A DNA stretch of 63,348 bases, counting the filler, from Kipferlia bialata (lineage: Eukaryota), in the NCBI GenBank assembly GCA_003568945.1. It is 4 parts of 4 records of this genome, joined end to end, with 100 filler letters (N's around TTAATTAATTAA, not from the genome) between each part and the next. Parts side by side here need not be neighbours in the genome. Positions count along the whole stretch, not along the records: positions 11,886 to 38,746 come from BDIP01000176.1; 3 more parts are not named here. The stretch is one strand, 5' to 3'. Numbering within the stretch: position 1 is the first letter of the stretch; every line of letters starts with the position of its first letter. Made by a program: the position numbers and the translations under genes. This document shows, one piece after another, positions 13,444-28,155 of this stretch. A model generated the notes under the pieces. The model saw nothing but the letters and a program-made list of their open reading frames with translations, had not been told where the DNA came from and searched no databases.

Positions 13444-16400
13444 CTACTCTAGGTACTGGATCCCATAGAGACCCTCGAGCTGTTTCATGGATCTGATGGC
13501 AGCCTGGGGGTGAGGTATGGGGTATATAAATGGCAGTCTATCCAACATACTATAAATATATAAATATAGTATATCAAACCGCTACCATATGGAATGATAT
13601 ATGAATACTTATGGATATGCAATGATATATACACACTCCGTGTACCTTGACGTTGCACTGTGACCAATGCAGTATATATATATGTATATATGTATATATA
13701 TATATATATATATATACATGGAGTGATATACTTGATACATATACGTATCATATACACACTATATATGATACCTTGACGTTGCACTGTGATGCGTCCACCA
13801 TGGCTCTGAAGGGGAAGTCGAGGGCCACAGTATCAAGTACACTGCACATTGTGATCTGTTGATTAATGATATATAGATGGAGATACTGATACTGCACATC
13901 GTGATCTGGGGTGGGCGGGGGTATACAGGCATAGTGGGTTGTCATACATATCACGTCGTACATACATATCCCTACCTGCATTCTGCCTGTCACATGACAC
14001 AATTATGGGGTGTTGTTACCTAGCAAGGTAATATATACTCATTATGTAATGTACATATAGTCCCACATGGATCCTGCCTGTCACACATGATACAAGTACG
14101 AGGTGTTAATTAATATATATACTATATTACATATACTACGTATATACACATCCCTACCTGCATTCTCCCCGTCCTGACGAATGTGTCGACTGCTGCCAGG
14201 AAGGTCAGGATAGATGAGTAGCCAAAGTGGGCATAGAACATGGCACGGCGCAGCCTGAGTGAGATATACAAATACGACTGTACACAAGAAGTGGTTAGAG
14301 GTATATGTATATAGAGACAGAGATGAGTATACACCAGAACTGATGGTATACAACATGGCACGGCGCAGCATGGGTTAGAGACAGTGATTATGAGAGAGGT
14401 AGACATGTACACGACAATACACGAGAACTGAATGTGTGTATGTATCATTGATATAGCCTGACACGACGCAGCCGGGGGATAAATAGAGAGAGAGGCAAAC
14501 ATATATGGAATGTATATAGGTATGGAGTACACTGGCTAGATACACATATTCTATATATATTCTATATATATCCACTGTTCCTTGCTATACTCTTGTGCTA
14601 TCACGGTATATGAACATGAATACCCATTTACGGCTATATAATAATAAACACTGTCCCACTGTACCTCGCGTTATGTGCTATGACGTTGTTCTGCACAGAG
14701 GGGGAGAGCATCCGGAACTGTCTGGTGATTAGAGTATAGAGATATATGGAGATATGGATAGAAATATGAATATACGCCAGATGCAATTATAGCAGTACCA
14801 TATACGGAACTGTCTGGGGGTATGGCAATGGACAGTAATACTAGTATATAGACAGAATTCATATCATTTTCTGACCACACACTCTGCATCCCCTCACCGT
14901 ATAAGCAGTATGTATATCCAAATATACACACACACATATATATACACATATCTATATACATATAGTAATGCCCATATAATAGTACCTGGCTACCCTCTCT
15001 GCCTCCTCCTTCTGTCTCTTCTCCTCTCTGCCCATCACACGCTGAGGTGTTAGAGGGGGGGGGAGGACTACATAAGAGGGCAGGTATATATACTATGTAC
15101 CCTCTCCACTACTCATACACTGCCTTCCCCGCTGCCTGCAGAGACCCCAGTATCAGTATCAGTATCACTACATATACAGGCCATGTATCATATATACACC
15201 ATATATATCTATTATCTACACACTACCTACCCTGCTGCCTGTATCAGTATCAGTATCAGATATATATACCATAGGTAGGTATATATATGCTATATATATA
15301 TATGTATGCTACATAGTATTAGAATCAAAACTATACTAGTGATACACACACCACCTGCCCTGCTGCCTGTAGTGACCCCAGGCTCAGGTTCTGTCGCATA
15401 GAGGGGGAAGGGGAGGGGGAGGGGGGTTGGGTGCCCTGGGTTGAGGGGGGGGGGGGTAGGGAGAGTGATATATTATGTCAATACAAGAGCAATATGAATA
15501 TACGACAATGGTAATGGGTGTGGAATATCACATATATCTATACATACACTCTGGTGTGTGTTGCAGCGGTACTTGAATCCCATTTAACCATGTCTATCCA
15601 GACTTGTCCCTGTTAACTGATAGATATATCACAATATACAATGCATATATATCCATCCATCTATACCTGTCCCTCTGTCTGTTGTTATCCCTCTATCATG
15701 ACAAACATGCTACAACATACATACACATATTAATATATACACTATTACTTAACCTATACATACACACACACATACATACATACCTGCCCCTCTGTCTGTT
15801 GTTGTCCCTCTATCACTGTGCCAGTCACAGCCAGACGGGCCAGGTCCTGGGGTGAGGCACACACATATGTGCATACTCATAACAACATGTTAGAGCATAT
15901 GTATATACATATATATATATATATACACCTGGAATGTCCTTGTGAGCATAGTGGCTGTGTCTATGACAGCTATGCATATATGCATATATACACATGTATA
16001 TATACATACATCTATATATATACATATACACACATATGTGTATATACATACCTGGAATGTCCTTGTGAGCATGGTGGCTGTGTCTATGACAGGTGTCAGT
16101 ATGTCCTCCACCTCAGTCCACACAGACACAAGGCGTCTGGGGGTAGGGGTAGGGATATGGGCACACAAAGAGGCTAATATTACATGTATATACATACACT
16201 GCATGTGGGGGAGAGGGAGGCATGAATAGGATGTGACACACTGACTGTATAGTACGACATATACACCATACCTAGCCATGTCCGATGTGTCTGTGGGGCT
16301 GATGCTACCCAGCACAGACACCACCATGGCACCCGCATGGCCTAGGGGTGAGGGGTATAGAGGTATACATATATATAGTGTATATATACATATTGGTATA

Positions 16401-19400
16401 CAGTTGGACATGGTACATCAGGCATATACGACCATGGCATGTCCTAGGATAGAAATTTGTATACATATATACACACACACTTGAAGAGTAGAGTGGTCTG
16501 AACGGATAAGTGGTTGGGGTACAGTTAGGATGATACAACTATACAGAGTCAATACAATGTAGTATATATATGAAGGAATACCTTGTCCGTTGCCTCCCTC
16601 ATCAAACCTAGCGGCCATAGGGTATATAGGTTATTAAATACTACTATGTCATATACATACCCTGTGGGTTCCCCCCCTCATCAAACCTATAGGCCAGGGC
16701 ACTGATGCCAGTCCTGGGGTTAGGTGTAGAGGGTTATAGATAAAGAGGTTATAGATAGGTGGAGGTATGTATAGAGAGGGTTAGGTGTAGATGGGGTTAT
16801 ATATATGAGGACCTAGAGTCAAAAGTGAAACAGCACACGACAACACATCAACACCACCCACCTGATCTGGTGCAGACTGGTCATATTACACATCCATTAT
16901 ACGGCTACATAGTACTTATACACATGCAATACATACTATACATACCACCCACCTGATCTGGTGCAGCCTGGTCTCGTTGTACAATCATTATACGGATACA
17001 TATGTAACAATAACAACATGCACAAGTATACCTGATCTGCTGGAGACTGGTCTGGACCTCCTGGTCTGTGTCATCCAGCCGGGCATTGACACAGGCCTCG
17101 GTCACAGCTGGGGTGGGGGTGGATATGGATATACATATATCTTGGGTATAACACATCCCACCCCCCCGAGTGCCTGTGGCTGTGCCCCTCTGACTGTAGG
17201 TGTATATATACATAATACTATATATAATACTATATGTATCTCTCTCTCTATAAGTACCTTCCAGTGCCTGTGGCTGTGCCCCCCTGATGGTGGGGACAGG
17301 CACAGCAGGGCCAAACAGACATGGGGTCAGAGGGGTATACATACATTGTAGGCATATATATACATCCATACCCAGCTGCTCTGCCACTGGGCTGAAGGGA
17401 CTGGACACAAGGTCAGGGGCCAGTCTGGGGTGAGACATTGGCCAATACATATGGGATAATGTATCAGTATCAGATATATCAAGCATCAATACTTACCAAC
17501 TGGGGTGAGACCATGGCCATTAGGATTATACCATTATAGGTAGTATATATACATATATATATATATATAGGTAGAATATACAAGACAGGGGTCAGTGCGG
17601 GTCAAAAGTATCACGATAGAATAGGGTACCCGCTTGACCATACCAGCATATACTATATATATATATATATGTCATAGTAGTGCATGTCACAATAGTGCAC
17701 AACTACTTGGATGGCCATGAGGGGATAAAGCTATATACATACATTCATGATAATACGCTACCGCACCTTACACTGGAGGGTGACAGAAGGTATGTATATA
17801 TATATAGTGCATTGTATATATCATACCTAGCGCTGGATGGTGAGACCACGGTGCCAGGGGGGGCAGACCTGAGGTGGGGGACAGTAGATACATGTGATAT
17901 ATATAGACACCAGACCATATATACATGGGGTGGGGGTAAATAGTTATATATGATGTACACTGACAATATAACATATACACATATATACCTGGGGTGGGGG
18001 ACAATATATAGAGGGTATCTATCAATCTATCCATATATACATACCTGACTGGTGTTGTCTGATACATACATTCACACCCCATCTATATATGTAATGATAA
18101 TATAGAAATGATGTATATATATACACACATACCTGATGGGTGTTGTCTGATCCATCTACACACCTCATCTAGTTAATATTGAATTATTATATATACTAAT
18201 ATACATATATATATATACATACCTGACTGGTGTTGTGTGACCCTGACCCCTGACTGGCAGGTACTGGCCATGGGCAGGGGAGGCATCTGGCAGTGAGAGA
18301 TGGGTATATATATATATATATATATATACATATTTACCTGGTACTGTGACGCTCTCCTCCACACACACTAATCTGTCTATCTGTATACATAAATATATAT
18401 ATCCATACATATCCCTAAGTACCTGGGACTGTGACACTCTCCTCCTCACTCGACACCTGCTCTGCCCCCTCCATTGCTATGGACCACATGTCTCTCTCCC
18501 TCTGCCGCAGGGCCTCCCTCTCTCTCTCCCCCACACTCACATCAGTCTCATCCTCTCTCTCTCCCTCTCCCTCCACGTGTGTGTCAGGGATGTCAGTCTC
18601 CACAACATCAGCCTCTCTCTCCCTCCCTGTCTCTCCCTCACCACTGGACACCTGACTCGTCTCTCTCTTGACCCGTCTGCGCCTCTTCACCTTCTTCCGC
18701 CTGAGGTCAGGCATGACTATGGAACAATACTATTAGTATTAGACAGGACACACCATACGACACTGAATCTATGATCCTCTCTATGAGCAATACATATAAA
18801 TACTCAGATATAGATATCCAAATAGAGATCCATGTATTGATACACACTACTGCAAAGAGGTCGGGAGACACTCTGTCCACAGGCATACCCCCACCTTCTC
18901 TCAGACGTTGACACAGATGGCTCAGCGTCGGTCTCTCTCTCTCTCTCTCTCTCTCTGGCCTGACTCTCCTCGGCCTGCTGTCTCTCTCTCTCCCTGGCCT
19001 GTTGGGTGAGGGGGTGGCCACACAAGTATTTACACATATACAAACACACGGGTGCTAATGCATAACCATAGGACACTACTCTCTCCCTGGCCTATTGGTG
19101 AGAGGGGGGGTTAAACGAGACACATACGCATATAGATAACATGGGGAAGAAGTTATACTGATCCCCCACCTCACCCATTGAATATAAACATTATTGAAAA
19201 CAATCGACACATATGAAGCAGTCCCACCTCCCAAACCAGGGTATATAGTGCATATGACTATATATGTAGAGGGTCCACCCACCTCCCCCACCACGGGACT
19301 GCTCTCCAGGAACTGGTTCTGACTGGCCAGGAACTGGGCCTGGGGTAATAGTAGATATACATACACACACATATATATATATATATACAATCTCATTCAT

Positions 19401-20659
19401 ATATATATACACATTACATATACACCAGGAGTGTAGATGAAATAGAGAAAGTTCTGACTGGCCAGGAACTGGGCCTGGGGTGTTAGTGTATATGTGAATA
19501 CATATATATATATGTACATACTATATCTGCAAAAGGAGTGTAGATGGAGACAGACAGGGTCTAGGGTTCTGACTGGCTAGGAACTGGGCCTGGGGTTTAG
19601 TATGTATATACAAGTATACATGAACTATTATACACACACACACACACGTATACATATACCTACAATTAGTATGATGACAGAGAGAGGGTTCAGGTTATGA
19701 CAGGCGAGGAGTCGGCATCCGGATATATGATACCTGCATGTGTCCGTAGGATAGGTCGTCTGTACTACATATATAATATTAGAAACAATAATATGTATAC
19801 TTACTATATCAGTGTACCTGCATGTGCCCGTAGGAGAGGTCGTCTGTCTCTGTCACACTCTGCTCTGTAGGGTAAGAGGGGTGTTAGCATATATACACAG
19901 ATATACATGTACAAGGGAGTACAAGGATGATACCGATGCTGATACAGTCTCTGTCACACTCTGCTCTGGAGGTGAGAGGGGGGGGGGTATACTCATGCAT
20001 CTATATATCTAAAGATACAAGGGAGTGCAAGACGGCTGAGTGTACCATCAGCGGTAGCATACATATACATATGCATAGTGGATCTATCCAGTCGTCTACA
20101 TAGAGATGGTCTAGCAGGGCAAGGATGCTACAAATATATCCATCCCCCAGTATACATGAGAGGTATGTGGGGTGTACGTACTGCGGTTGGAGGTTAGTTG
20201 GGGAGAGGGGGGTGAGTGTATGCAGTGGTCAATATGTGTCTAGAGCCTAATCACACATCCGCAGGCGCATCCACTCAACCCAACATGATAATACCAGTAC
20301 ACTAGGAGTCCCACATACTGGTAACTAACCACTGTGACACCAGATACTCACTATCACCCTCCAGTACCCGACATACATACATATAGACATCTCATGTCAC
20401 CCAGCATATACACACAGTTAACAGTAGAGGGCACACACACTGTCCCCCCCACCCTTGCTACCCACAGACATACACCACATCTACCCCTGACCCACGCATA
20501 CCCACCTCCGTATCCATACCCCTCGTGGCTGAAGAGCAGGTCGTCTGTCCTCACTGACGTCTCCTCCTCGGTCAGATACTCATCCCTCCCACCCCAGGCC
20601 ACACTGGCCGCACTCATGCTGCTGGAACCAGTACGGCTCCTGCTCCTGCGTAGCGACAT
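13444..20659 (-). CDS. Hypothetical protein, about 18 exons, long microsatellite-rich introns
   Basis: Mostly phase-consistent exon chain from MSLRRSRSRTG to AAIRSMKQLEGLYGIQYLE* (one or two junctions unresolved). E/R-rich low-complexity middle with RRKKVKRRRR. Confidence 0.7.
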
Positions 20660-20857
20660 CTGAGGCGCTGTGTCTCAGTACCCTAGGCCACAGCGACAGG
20701 AGGGGATGGAGTCAGAATGAGAGCCTCAGCCCTCCGACAATTCTCCTGAGGGGAATCGGACAGCCATTCTCACCTGCTCACCTCCCCCCTCTTTCCACCA
20801 TACCTGCTTGCTCAGTGACCTCTACCCACCCATTACCCTGTTGCGGAGTAGTAGTGG

Positions 20858-22620
20858 ATGCCTGAAGCTACCTGTGTGATTGTGGATAACAGGTACGGCC
20901 CCAGTGTCCAGTTATAGGTCCATTTGTGACTCTATGTGTCTTCTAGGCCTGTGTATCCCGTATGGACTGCTACCATGACACATTTTGTCTTAATACCTCT
21001 TTATTGTCCCTCTTATGCAGTGAGTTCTCCCGTAACGGTGACCTGCCCGTGAATAGGCTGGTTGACCAACTCGATGCTGTTGATGCAGTGATCAGGTGGG
21101 TATGGGCCGCAGAGGCATATATATCTGGGGTGTATGTGTATATATTGGTGAATTCGGGTGGGTCTTGTGTTTGTGTATGGCCTCTACCGCTCTAGTGTAC
21201 CAGCCAGTACTTGTATGTGGACTGTATACCCTACACTCTCCCTCTATTGTATGCCTCTCCCACTCTCTACGTACTGGTACGTGTCATACCAGCTCAGGGT
21301 ATAGGTGTATAGTCCATATATCCCCCCTCACCCCCTAGGAACAAGCTGAGCCAGTCTGCACAGGCAGTGGTGTCTCTGGTGGCATCAGGTGGCCCTGAGG
21401 TGGTGGTGCCCCCCACCCATGAGAGGCAGCACCTCCAGAAGGGGCTCAGGTACGTCAGTATAGTACATCACCCGCTATCTTATACTGATACTGACACTGG
21501 TACTGATACTGATACATCCAGAAGGGGCTCAGGTGTGTGTGTGTATGCGTTTCTGCTATGTCTTATATGGCCTCTGTATATCGCTGTAGTACTTCACCCG
21601 CCATCTCTGTAAGTTTGTGTCTCCTACCTCTCTGTACCCTCTCTGATTATCCAGGACCATCACACACAAGGGACTCCCATCTCTGGTGCAGGCACTGCAG
21701 GTACAGGAGATACATATGTATAAATATATTTTTACTGTATTCTGTTTATCTAGCAATGTGTGTATACATATAGGTTCAGGATGTGTACTATGTGGGTGTA
21801 AAGTATATATACAGAGCGACCCCTCCCCTCATGCCAGGTTGCCATGCTCTCCCTTCGCTACAGGCCTTCCAAGGACGCCACACAGGTACAGCAAATATGT
21901 GTATATTGCATTCATACAGATGTGTATATTGATGTATACTACATATACTGTTTCATGTCCGGTTATTCACAGGTACAGCATGTGTATGTATTACAATTCA
22001 CGTGTCACTATATCATCACCCGCAGCGCATTGTCATGTTGAGTATAACTATAACTACATATGCTACTAAGAACAGCTACTATGTTTCTAAAACATGTATA
22101 TATGCATAAGTATGTCCAATGCACCCTCACCCCTAGCGCATTGTCATGTTTGTGGGGTCACCCCTGGGGCCATTCCTCGAGGACGCAGAGAAGGTGTGCA
22201 TATTGTATATACTGTGTATACATACATGTAAGGCAACTTGCGTATTTTGTGTGCATACCTCAACGCAAAGAAGGTATTCATTACATCAATATATACGCAC
22301 GGATAAGTGTATTGAGTTCCAAGGCTGTATGTTGTTATTGTGTTGCTCTATCCCCCCCCCCTGACCGTTCAGCGTCTGAAGAAGGAGGGCAAGAGGCTGA
22401 GGAAGGCCAGGGTGTCTCTAGACATTGTGTCATTCGGGGCATGCTCTAGGGTATGTGTGGGCAACCTCCCTACAGTATTGGTATAGATCAAAATATTGCA
22501 CAATAGAGTAAGAGTTACGTAATGAATATATATATGAGTGTGCCCCCCCTCCCCCCACCCCAGGACAACCACCCCCTGCTGACCACCCTCATCCAGTCAT
22601 GCAACAGAGGCCCAGAGGAG
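20858..22620 (+). CDS. RPN10: 26S proteasome subunit Rpn10/PSMD4 vWA domain; 3' end in the gap
   Basis: MPEATCVIVDNSEFSRNGDLP..LQVAMLSLRYRP..RIVMFVGSPL..KRLRKARVSLDIVSFG matches the Rpn10 vWA pattern. Confidence 0.92.
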
Positions 22621-23582
22621 GTAGGGACATTGATGGATATAGATATGTATATACTATTACACTATATATAATGTATCATCATCCAGTCATGCAACAGAGG
22701 CCCAGAGGAGGTGAGGACATAGGATATATAGTATAGTATATGTATGCTATCACACAGTGTAAGTATGATACCCCCCCCCCCCCCCCCCCCCCCCCCGGGG
22801 CCCTTTTTTTTGTGCCCCNNNNNNNNNNNNNNNNNNNNNNNNNNNNNNNNNNNNNNNNNNNNNNNNNNNNNNNNNNNNNNNNNNNNNNNNNNNNNNNNNN
22901 NNNNNNNNNNNNNNNNNNNNNNNNNNNNNNNNNNNNNNNNNNNNNNNNNNNNNNNNNNNNNNNNNNNNNNNNNNNNNNNNNNNNNNNNNNNNNNNNNNNN
23001 NNNNNNNNNNNNNNNNNNNNNCCCCCCTGGTAAAACCCCCCCCCCCCCCCCCCCCCCCCCCAACCCTCTCCCCCCTAGTCAATATGTCAACAGCATACAA
23101 ATATGTCACAACGTGAGATATGACAGAAAACGTCATTGGTGATATGCAGTAGAGACTGCTAGATGCAACAGAGACACCCAACTCACGTACAGGATGCAGT
23201 CGAACACGGATCTGATGGCTGGATCGTTCCGTCTGATGTTGCCAACCTCCTCGCAGACACGGCATTGGATGCTCCCCATTCTGACACACAAACAGTCCCT
23301 GGGGCTACCTTTCTCTTGGCTTATTGGGCTTCTGGGTTAGCGACGCAACTACAGGGGCCCAGGTGAGTGGTGATTGGTGGCAGGTTCCTCAATCTGACTC
23401 TATGAATAGGCACCGATGTGTCACAACAATCTACGCTGATTGGCTCTAATCAATCAATGAGTGTAGACGAATCAGAATAATTGATTTCATATCATATGCC
23501 GCCGGAGTGGCTTTTCGGCTTCCCTTCGGCTACTATGCCGTTGTTGCACCCGATATATACCCAGACAACCTATAGTTCATAG

Positions 23583-25680
23583 ATGGCTCCCAGGTAGTAT
23601 ATTGTGACGCTACTCTGTACTATTTAGAAATTCGTATATAGGCACATTTCGAAATCAGAAACAAAAGTGAAGAAGAACTAGGGTTTAGCTGGAGTTGCGG
23701 CAACTGTTGCCTATCGCTCGCTTGTATTTCTTCATCTGTGTCATACAGACCGGTCATCACTATTTCGAGAACACACACTTGTCTGATCCTGCTTGCCTAG
23801 GTGGGTGTGGCCATCAGATATGCCGGTGGCTGCAGATGTGGTGGCTGAGACCGACTATGGGCTGTACCCCTTTGAGAGTGAGGAGCACTATGCCCTGTGG
23901 GTGGAGGAGGAGAGAGAGAGGGAGGGGGAGAACTCATCAGACCCGACTGGAGGTGAGGAGGGCCCGGGTCAGGGCGTGGCCAGTATGACAGAGGAACACA
24001 TGCGGCGGCGATACTTCAGGTATAGATAGACTCCTCCCCATTCCTGTCATCTATTAAGAACTCACTCACCACCTAGGCTAATGGTGAACAGTAATCTTGC
24101 ATACTACCCTGACGAGCCTGTGTATCGGTCGGCAGCGGAGGAGGCAGAGGCAGAGACACAGGGAGACGTAGACGGAGAGGGTCAGACCAAAGAGACGTTC
24201 CTCACTAGGTATGAACACATGTGGTCTCTCATTCCTGGCCATGATTCATTCTTACCATCAGGCGACTCTCCCAGTGGCTGGCAACTGCTAGCAAACAGCT
24301 CAATGGAGTAGGTATGGTGTGTCAGTGTCTGGATCTCTGTCTTCAGTCCTCTCCTGACCTCTAGGTGACTTCCTGGCGCCCTACCTCCCAGAGCTGGACA
24401 TCGCCACCTTCTGGCTCAACACAGTCAACGCGCTCATGGCTGTGCTCTCCCTCATAGCCCCTGCAGCATCTAGGTATGTAGTAGTGCAATATGCATGTCT
24501 CTCTGCTCTCTCATTCCAGACCCACCGTCCGGCTGTTCCTGCTCATCAGCTGCCTGACTTGCTTTGCATTCCCCCTGCTGGTGGTGGCTGTGGAAGTGGG
24601 TACGGGTAGTTGTTCTGTAGTTCTAGCCTCTCTCCATATGTATTCTAGTCTCTCTACATTGTAATATCACTTCTATTCAGCACCTCCTTCTGACCCTCCA
24701 GGCACCGCCTCCCTCCCCTCCCAGCTCCCATACCTTCCCTCCTTCCAGTATCTAGTACTGGCACTGGGTATGTGTCGATCCACATCTGCCTCCCTCTATG
24801 TATGAATATGAATATACATACAACATTGGCTCCTCTCCCCTCTCTGCCTGGTCCTATCCCTGCCCCACCCCAGTGTTCATCCCCGACGGATACATCACAG
24901 TCATAGCCAGTGTGGGTCTGTCCTCCTGTCTCCAGAGTGTGCTCATACTGCCGGCACTCAGTGCTCGCATACCAGCACTCAGAGAGGTACGCCCATATGT
25001 GATCATTGTATAGGCAGTGTTTATACATTCGACTACACACTGGTAATGGTCCACTACCGGAACTTACACTCCCTGTTTTGCATATACATTGCCCTTACCC
25101 TAGGTACAACTGGTGCGTGTTCTGTCCAGCAAGAGGGCCCTGCTGATGTACTTCAGTGGCACAGTCATAGCGGCAGTGGAGACACTAGGTACACATACCC
25201 ATACCCACTTCTCTCCATATAACCCCCCCCCCCTCATGTCCAGGTTTGCTCGAGTGCCTGTGCCGGTCTCTGCTGGGTGTACAGTACACAGTCAAGCTGC
25301 TGGTCTATGTAGCATTCATATGCCTCAGGTACTGGGAACACTGCTTTTGCTTCTACTCCTGGACTCTTCCACTTGAGCATGACTACATACTATAGTATGT
25401 ACACTCTTGTTTGTACTCACCCCCAGAATGAGGGACAATGCAGTGCTGCAAGGGTTCATGCACACTCTCAAGGATAAGGTGCGGCATAGTCTAATCATGC
25501 AGTCATCGCCCCCTGCTTCTTCTCCTCCCTCACCCCTAGGTAGAGGCCATCCCACGTGTGGGCCCTGTGTCTGTCAAGATTGGGGAGCTTGTGTCTCACA
25601 CGGTGTCACACTTTGTGACAGGCAGCTACAGTCAGCCAGAGGTTGTGGCAGAGGCAGAGCCACTGTCGGAGCAGGAGTGA
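23583..25680 (+). CDS. Multi-pass membrane protein, C-terminal half TMEM33/Pom33-like, with acidic N-terminal extension
   Basis: Spliced chain MAPRWVWPSDMP..EPLSEQE*. Several hydrophobic helices. AVETLGLL..LLVYVAFICLRMRDN loosely resembles TMEM33 (family call tentative). Confidence 0.5.
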
Positions 25681-26050
25681 GGGGTTGTCAGTGTATTTGT
25701 CCCCAGGCTGAGCTCTGACAATGTGTGAGAGAGATCAGTCCTTTTGGGTATATTGTTTCATAAGAGTGTGTGCGTGTGTGCTGTGTATAGATACATCAGG
25801 TTTCATTTATTGTGGTCTCCTGGCATATTGAGCACATATCCCCTACACCTTCTGTTCAACGAGGGAGACGATGTAGATGAAAATTCACAATCCTGTGTTT
25901 CTACCTCCGATGCATCGGCGTGACAAGCATCAGTATTGAGTATGAGTATTGACTACGGACAGCTGTCTGCTGGGAAATGGGCCATCTCAGTGACAGAAGC
26001 CTTAGCACTGTCTCTGGTTACTATAATACGGTGGTCTACCCATTCCGTCC

Positions 26051-27977
26051 TCACTCGATGTCGCTGTCTATCGAGTCAGCCTCGGTGTCAAACGTAGACT
26101 CATGCACCTAAAGGTGAGGAGTGGCACTCTAAACAGAGATATGGTGTGTAGTCAAGTGAGAAGAGACAAGAGAACACTGAAGCGACTGCGACATCCTCCC
26201 TGTCCCCACCTCGTACTCGTCCTCCTCCAGTTCAGACCCGGAGTCCACAAGGGTCTGGCCAATCTACACGGTCAGGGAGGTGATGGAGAGGGGGTTAGTA
26301 GCAGAAAGAGAGACTGCAAGACCGTACCGGGCTAGCCATGAACTCTGCTGTCATGCCTGGGTTGCCATCGAGCAGTAGGTGGATGAGAGAGGGCATAACC
26401 TCCACTCCGTTGATGGTCTCCCCACCCCTGGGGTCAGGCTATCCGTACTGAAATATTCTGTATATATGTAACCTGTTTGACCATCACCACCCCGTACCCT
26501 GTGAATGAGGCCAGCTCTACCAGGCCCTGCTCACTCAGCTCATTCCTAGACAGGTCTATGCCCACCAGCTCCTGTAGACCCACCAGGTGCTTGCGGATAA
26601 CCTGGGTGAGCCCGGGGGTCGCAACACTATGGTGACACAACAATGCAAGTAAACTGTGAACAGTACATATACATATCCTGTACCTCTACAATCCTGTCTG
26701 GCAGACCACATGATGCCAGGGCCAGCATGGTCATGTTGTCCATGGACCCCACACACTCCAGCACTGTGGGGCCATGGGCCTGGGGGTGGGGGTGGGGGTG
26801 GGGAATAGGGGATAGAGGGAAGATAGTGTGACAGATATTCAAAGTGTTAGGTAGAGGTACAAGGAGTGAGACACACTACACTATGTACCTCTCCGAAGTT
26901 GTTCTTGTTCAGAAGCAGAGTCTCCAGGCCCGTGCTCTGCCTATTGTGAGGGGGAGCGTATGAGAGAAATCAACAAGAGACAGGTGCACTCACCTCAGTG
27001 TGGTGATGAGAGCATTGACAGACCCTTCGGAGTCGATGCCTGGGGTTGGAGGATATGCATACTGATATACAAAGAGAGATAGAGGGCCGTGCCTGCCTCC
27101 GACAGGTCCAAGAACTCTAGCTGGGACAGAGACACCCACTCAGACAGAGAGGAGAGGGCCTAGGGGTGAGGGGTCTTCATCGTGAAGTGTGAGAGAGTTC
27201 CCGGAATCAATGTCCGTTTGACTGTCAGTGGTGACAGAGCTACGATCCACCCACCTCCTGTGAAACCAAGTGTCCCCCTCCCAGAGATATGGCTGATAGT
27301 ACCACACCACTCTCCTTCAGGGCATCAAGAACATCACCTGGGGGGAGACAAGAACACTGCAGACTCACCCTACCCTCTGACAACAAGTATGGTGACTCCC
27401 CATACCTGAGATGGGTGCGTTCCCTGTCATGTAGAGCTGGGTGACACAGGGGGGCAGGGCACGGCAGATGGTGCAAAGGGTCTCTGTCGACATCTCGCAG
27501 TCACTGTGGTCAGAGCACGTGGATACATAGAGAGGGGGTTGTAGTGGAAGACTCTGTAGCCCCACCTGATGCCGAGTGTCGTAAGTGCTGTCAAGGTGGG
27601 AAGGACTGCTGCCAGGGCAAGGCCTCCCTCGTCTCCCATGCCGCACCGGCTGAGAGTCAGAGACAGGAGAGAGAGAGAGAGAGAGTATGTCACCCACCCC
27701 ATCTGCAGGGACAGCACTGTGCTGGGCATGTGGGCAACCAGGGCTGCGGCACCTGCAGGGGTCAGGGGGTTCTCCTCCACATTCACATCCTCCAGTGTCA
27801 CCATGGAGCCTAGGACGCCACCCAGGGCCTAGGGGTGAGGCAGGGCAAGAAGGAAGGGAGAAGAGGAGCTGGGGCATGATAATTATGTGACATATACTGA
27901 CCTCAGCTCCCACAGCGCCAATGTTGTTCTCTGGCACAGAGAATATCATAAGGTTGGGCCCAATGCCGTTCTCTGAC
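26051..27977 (-). CDS. RNI-like leucine-rich-repeat protein with acidic tail (RanGAP/NLRC3-like), 5' truncated
   Basis: Repeats NNIGAVGAEAL, LEDVNVEENPL, LETLLLNKNNFG, LVGIDLSRNELSEQG, LIHLLLDGN. Tail ELEEDEYE..SDIE*. Confidence 0.85.
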
Positions 27978-28155
27978 TGTGAGTGATGACAGTGTGTGTT
28001 ACATAGGGGGGGGGGGGGGGGGCACCCCCCCCCACCCGCCCCNNNNNNNNNNNNNNNNNNNNNNNNNNNNACGGGAATCTCTCTCTCTCTCTCTCTCTCT
28101 CTCTATGTATATATATATATATATATATGTATATATCTATCTATCTAACCCCCAG

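Noticed and set aside
13485..20012. Many Y/I/C-rich short ORFs
   Set aside because: Translations of (AT)n, (GT)n and (CT)n intron microsatellites.
23080..23366. 67 aa ORF after the gap as Rpn10 C-terminus
   Set aside because: No UIM-like motif and no clear splice link.
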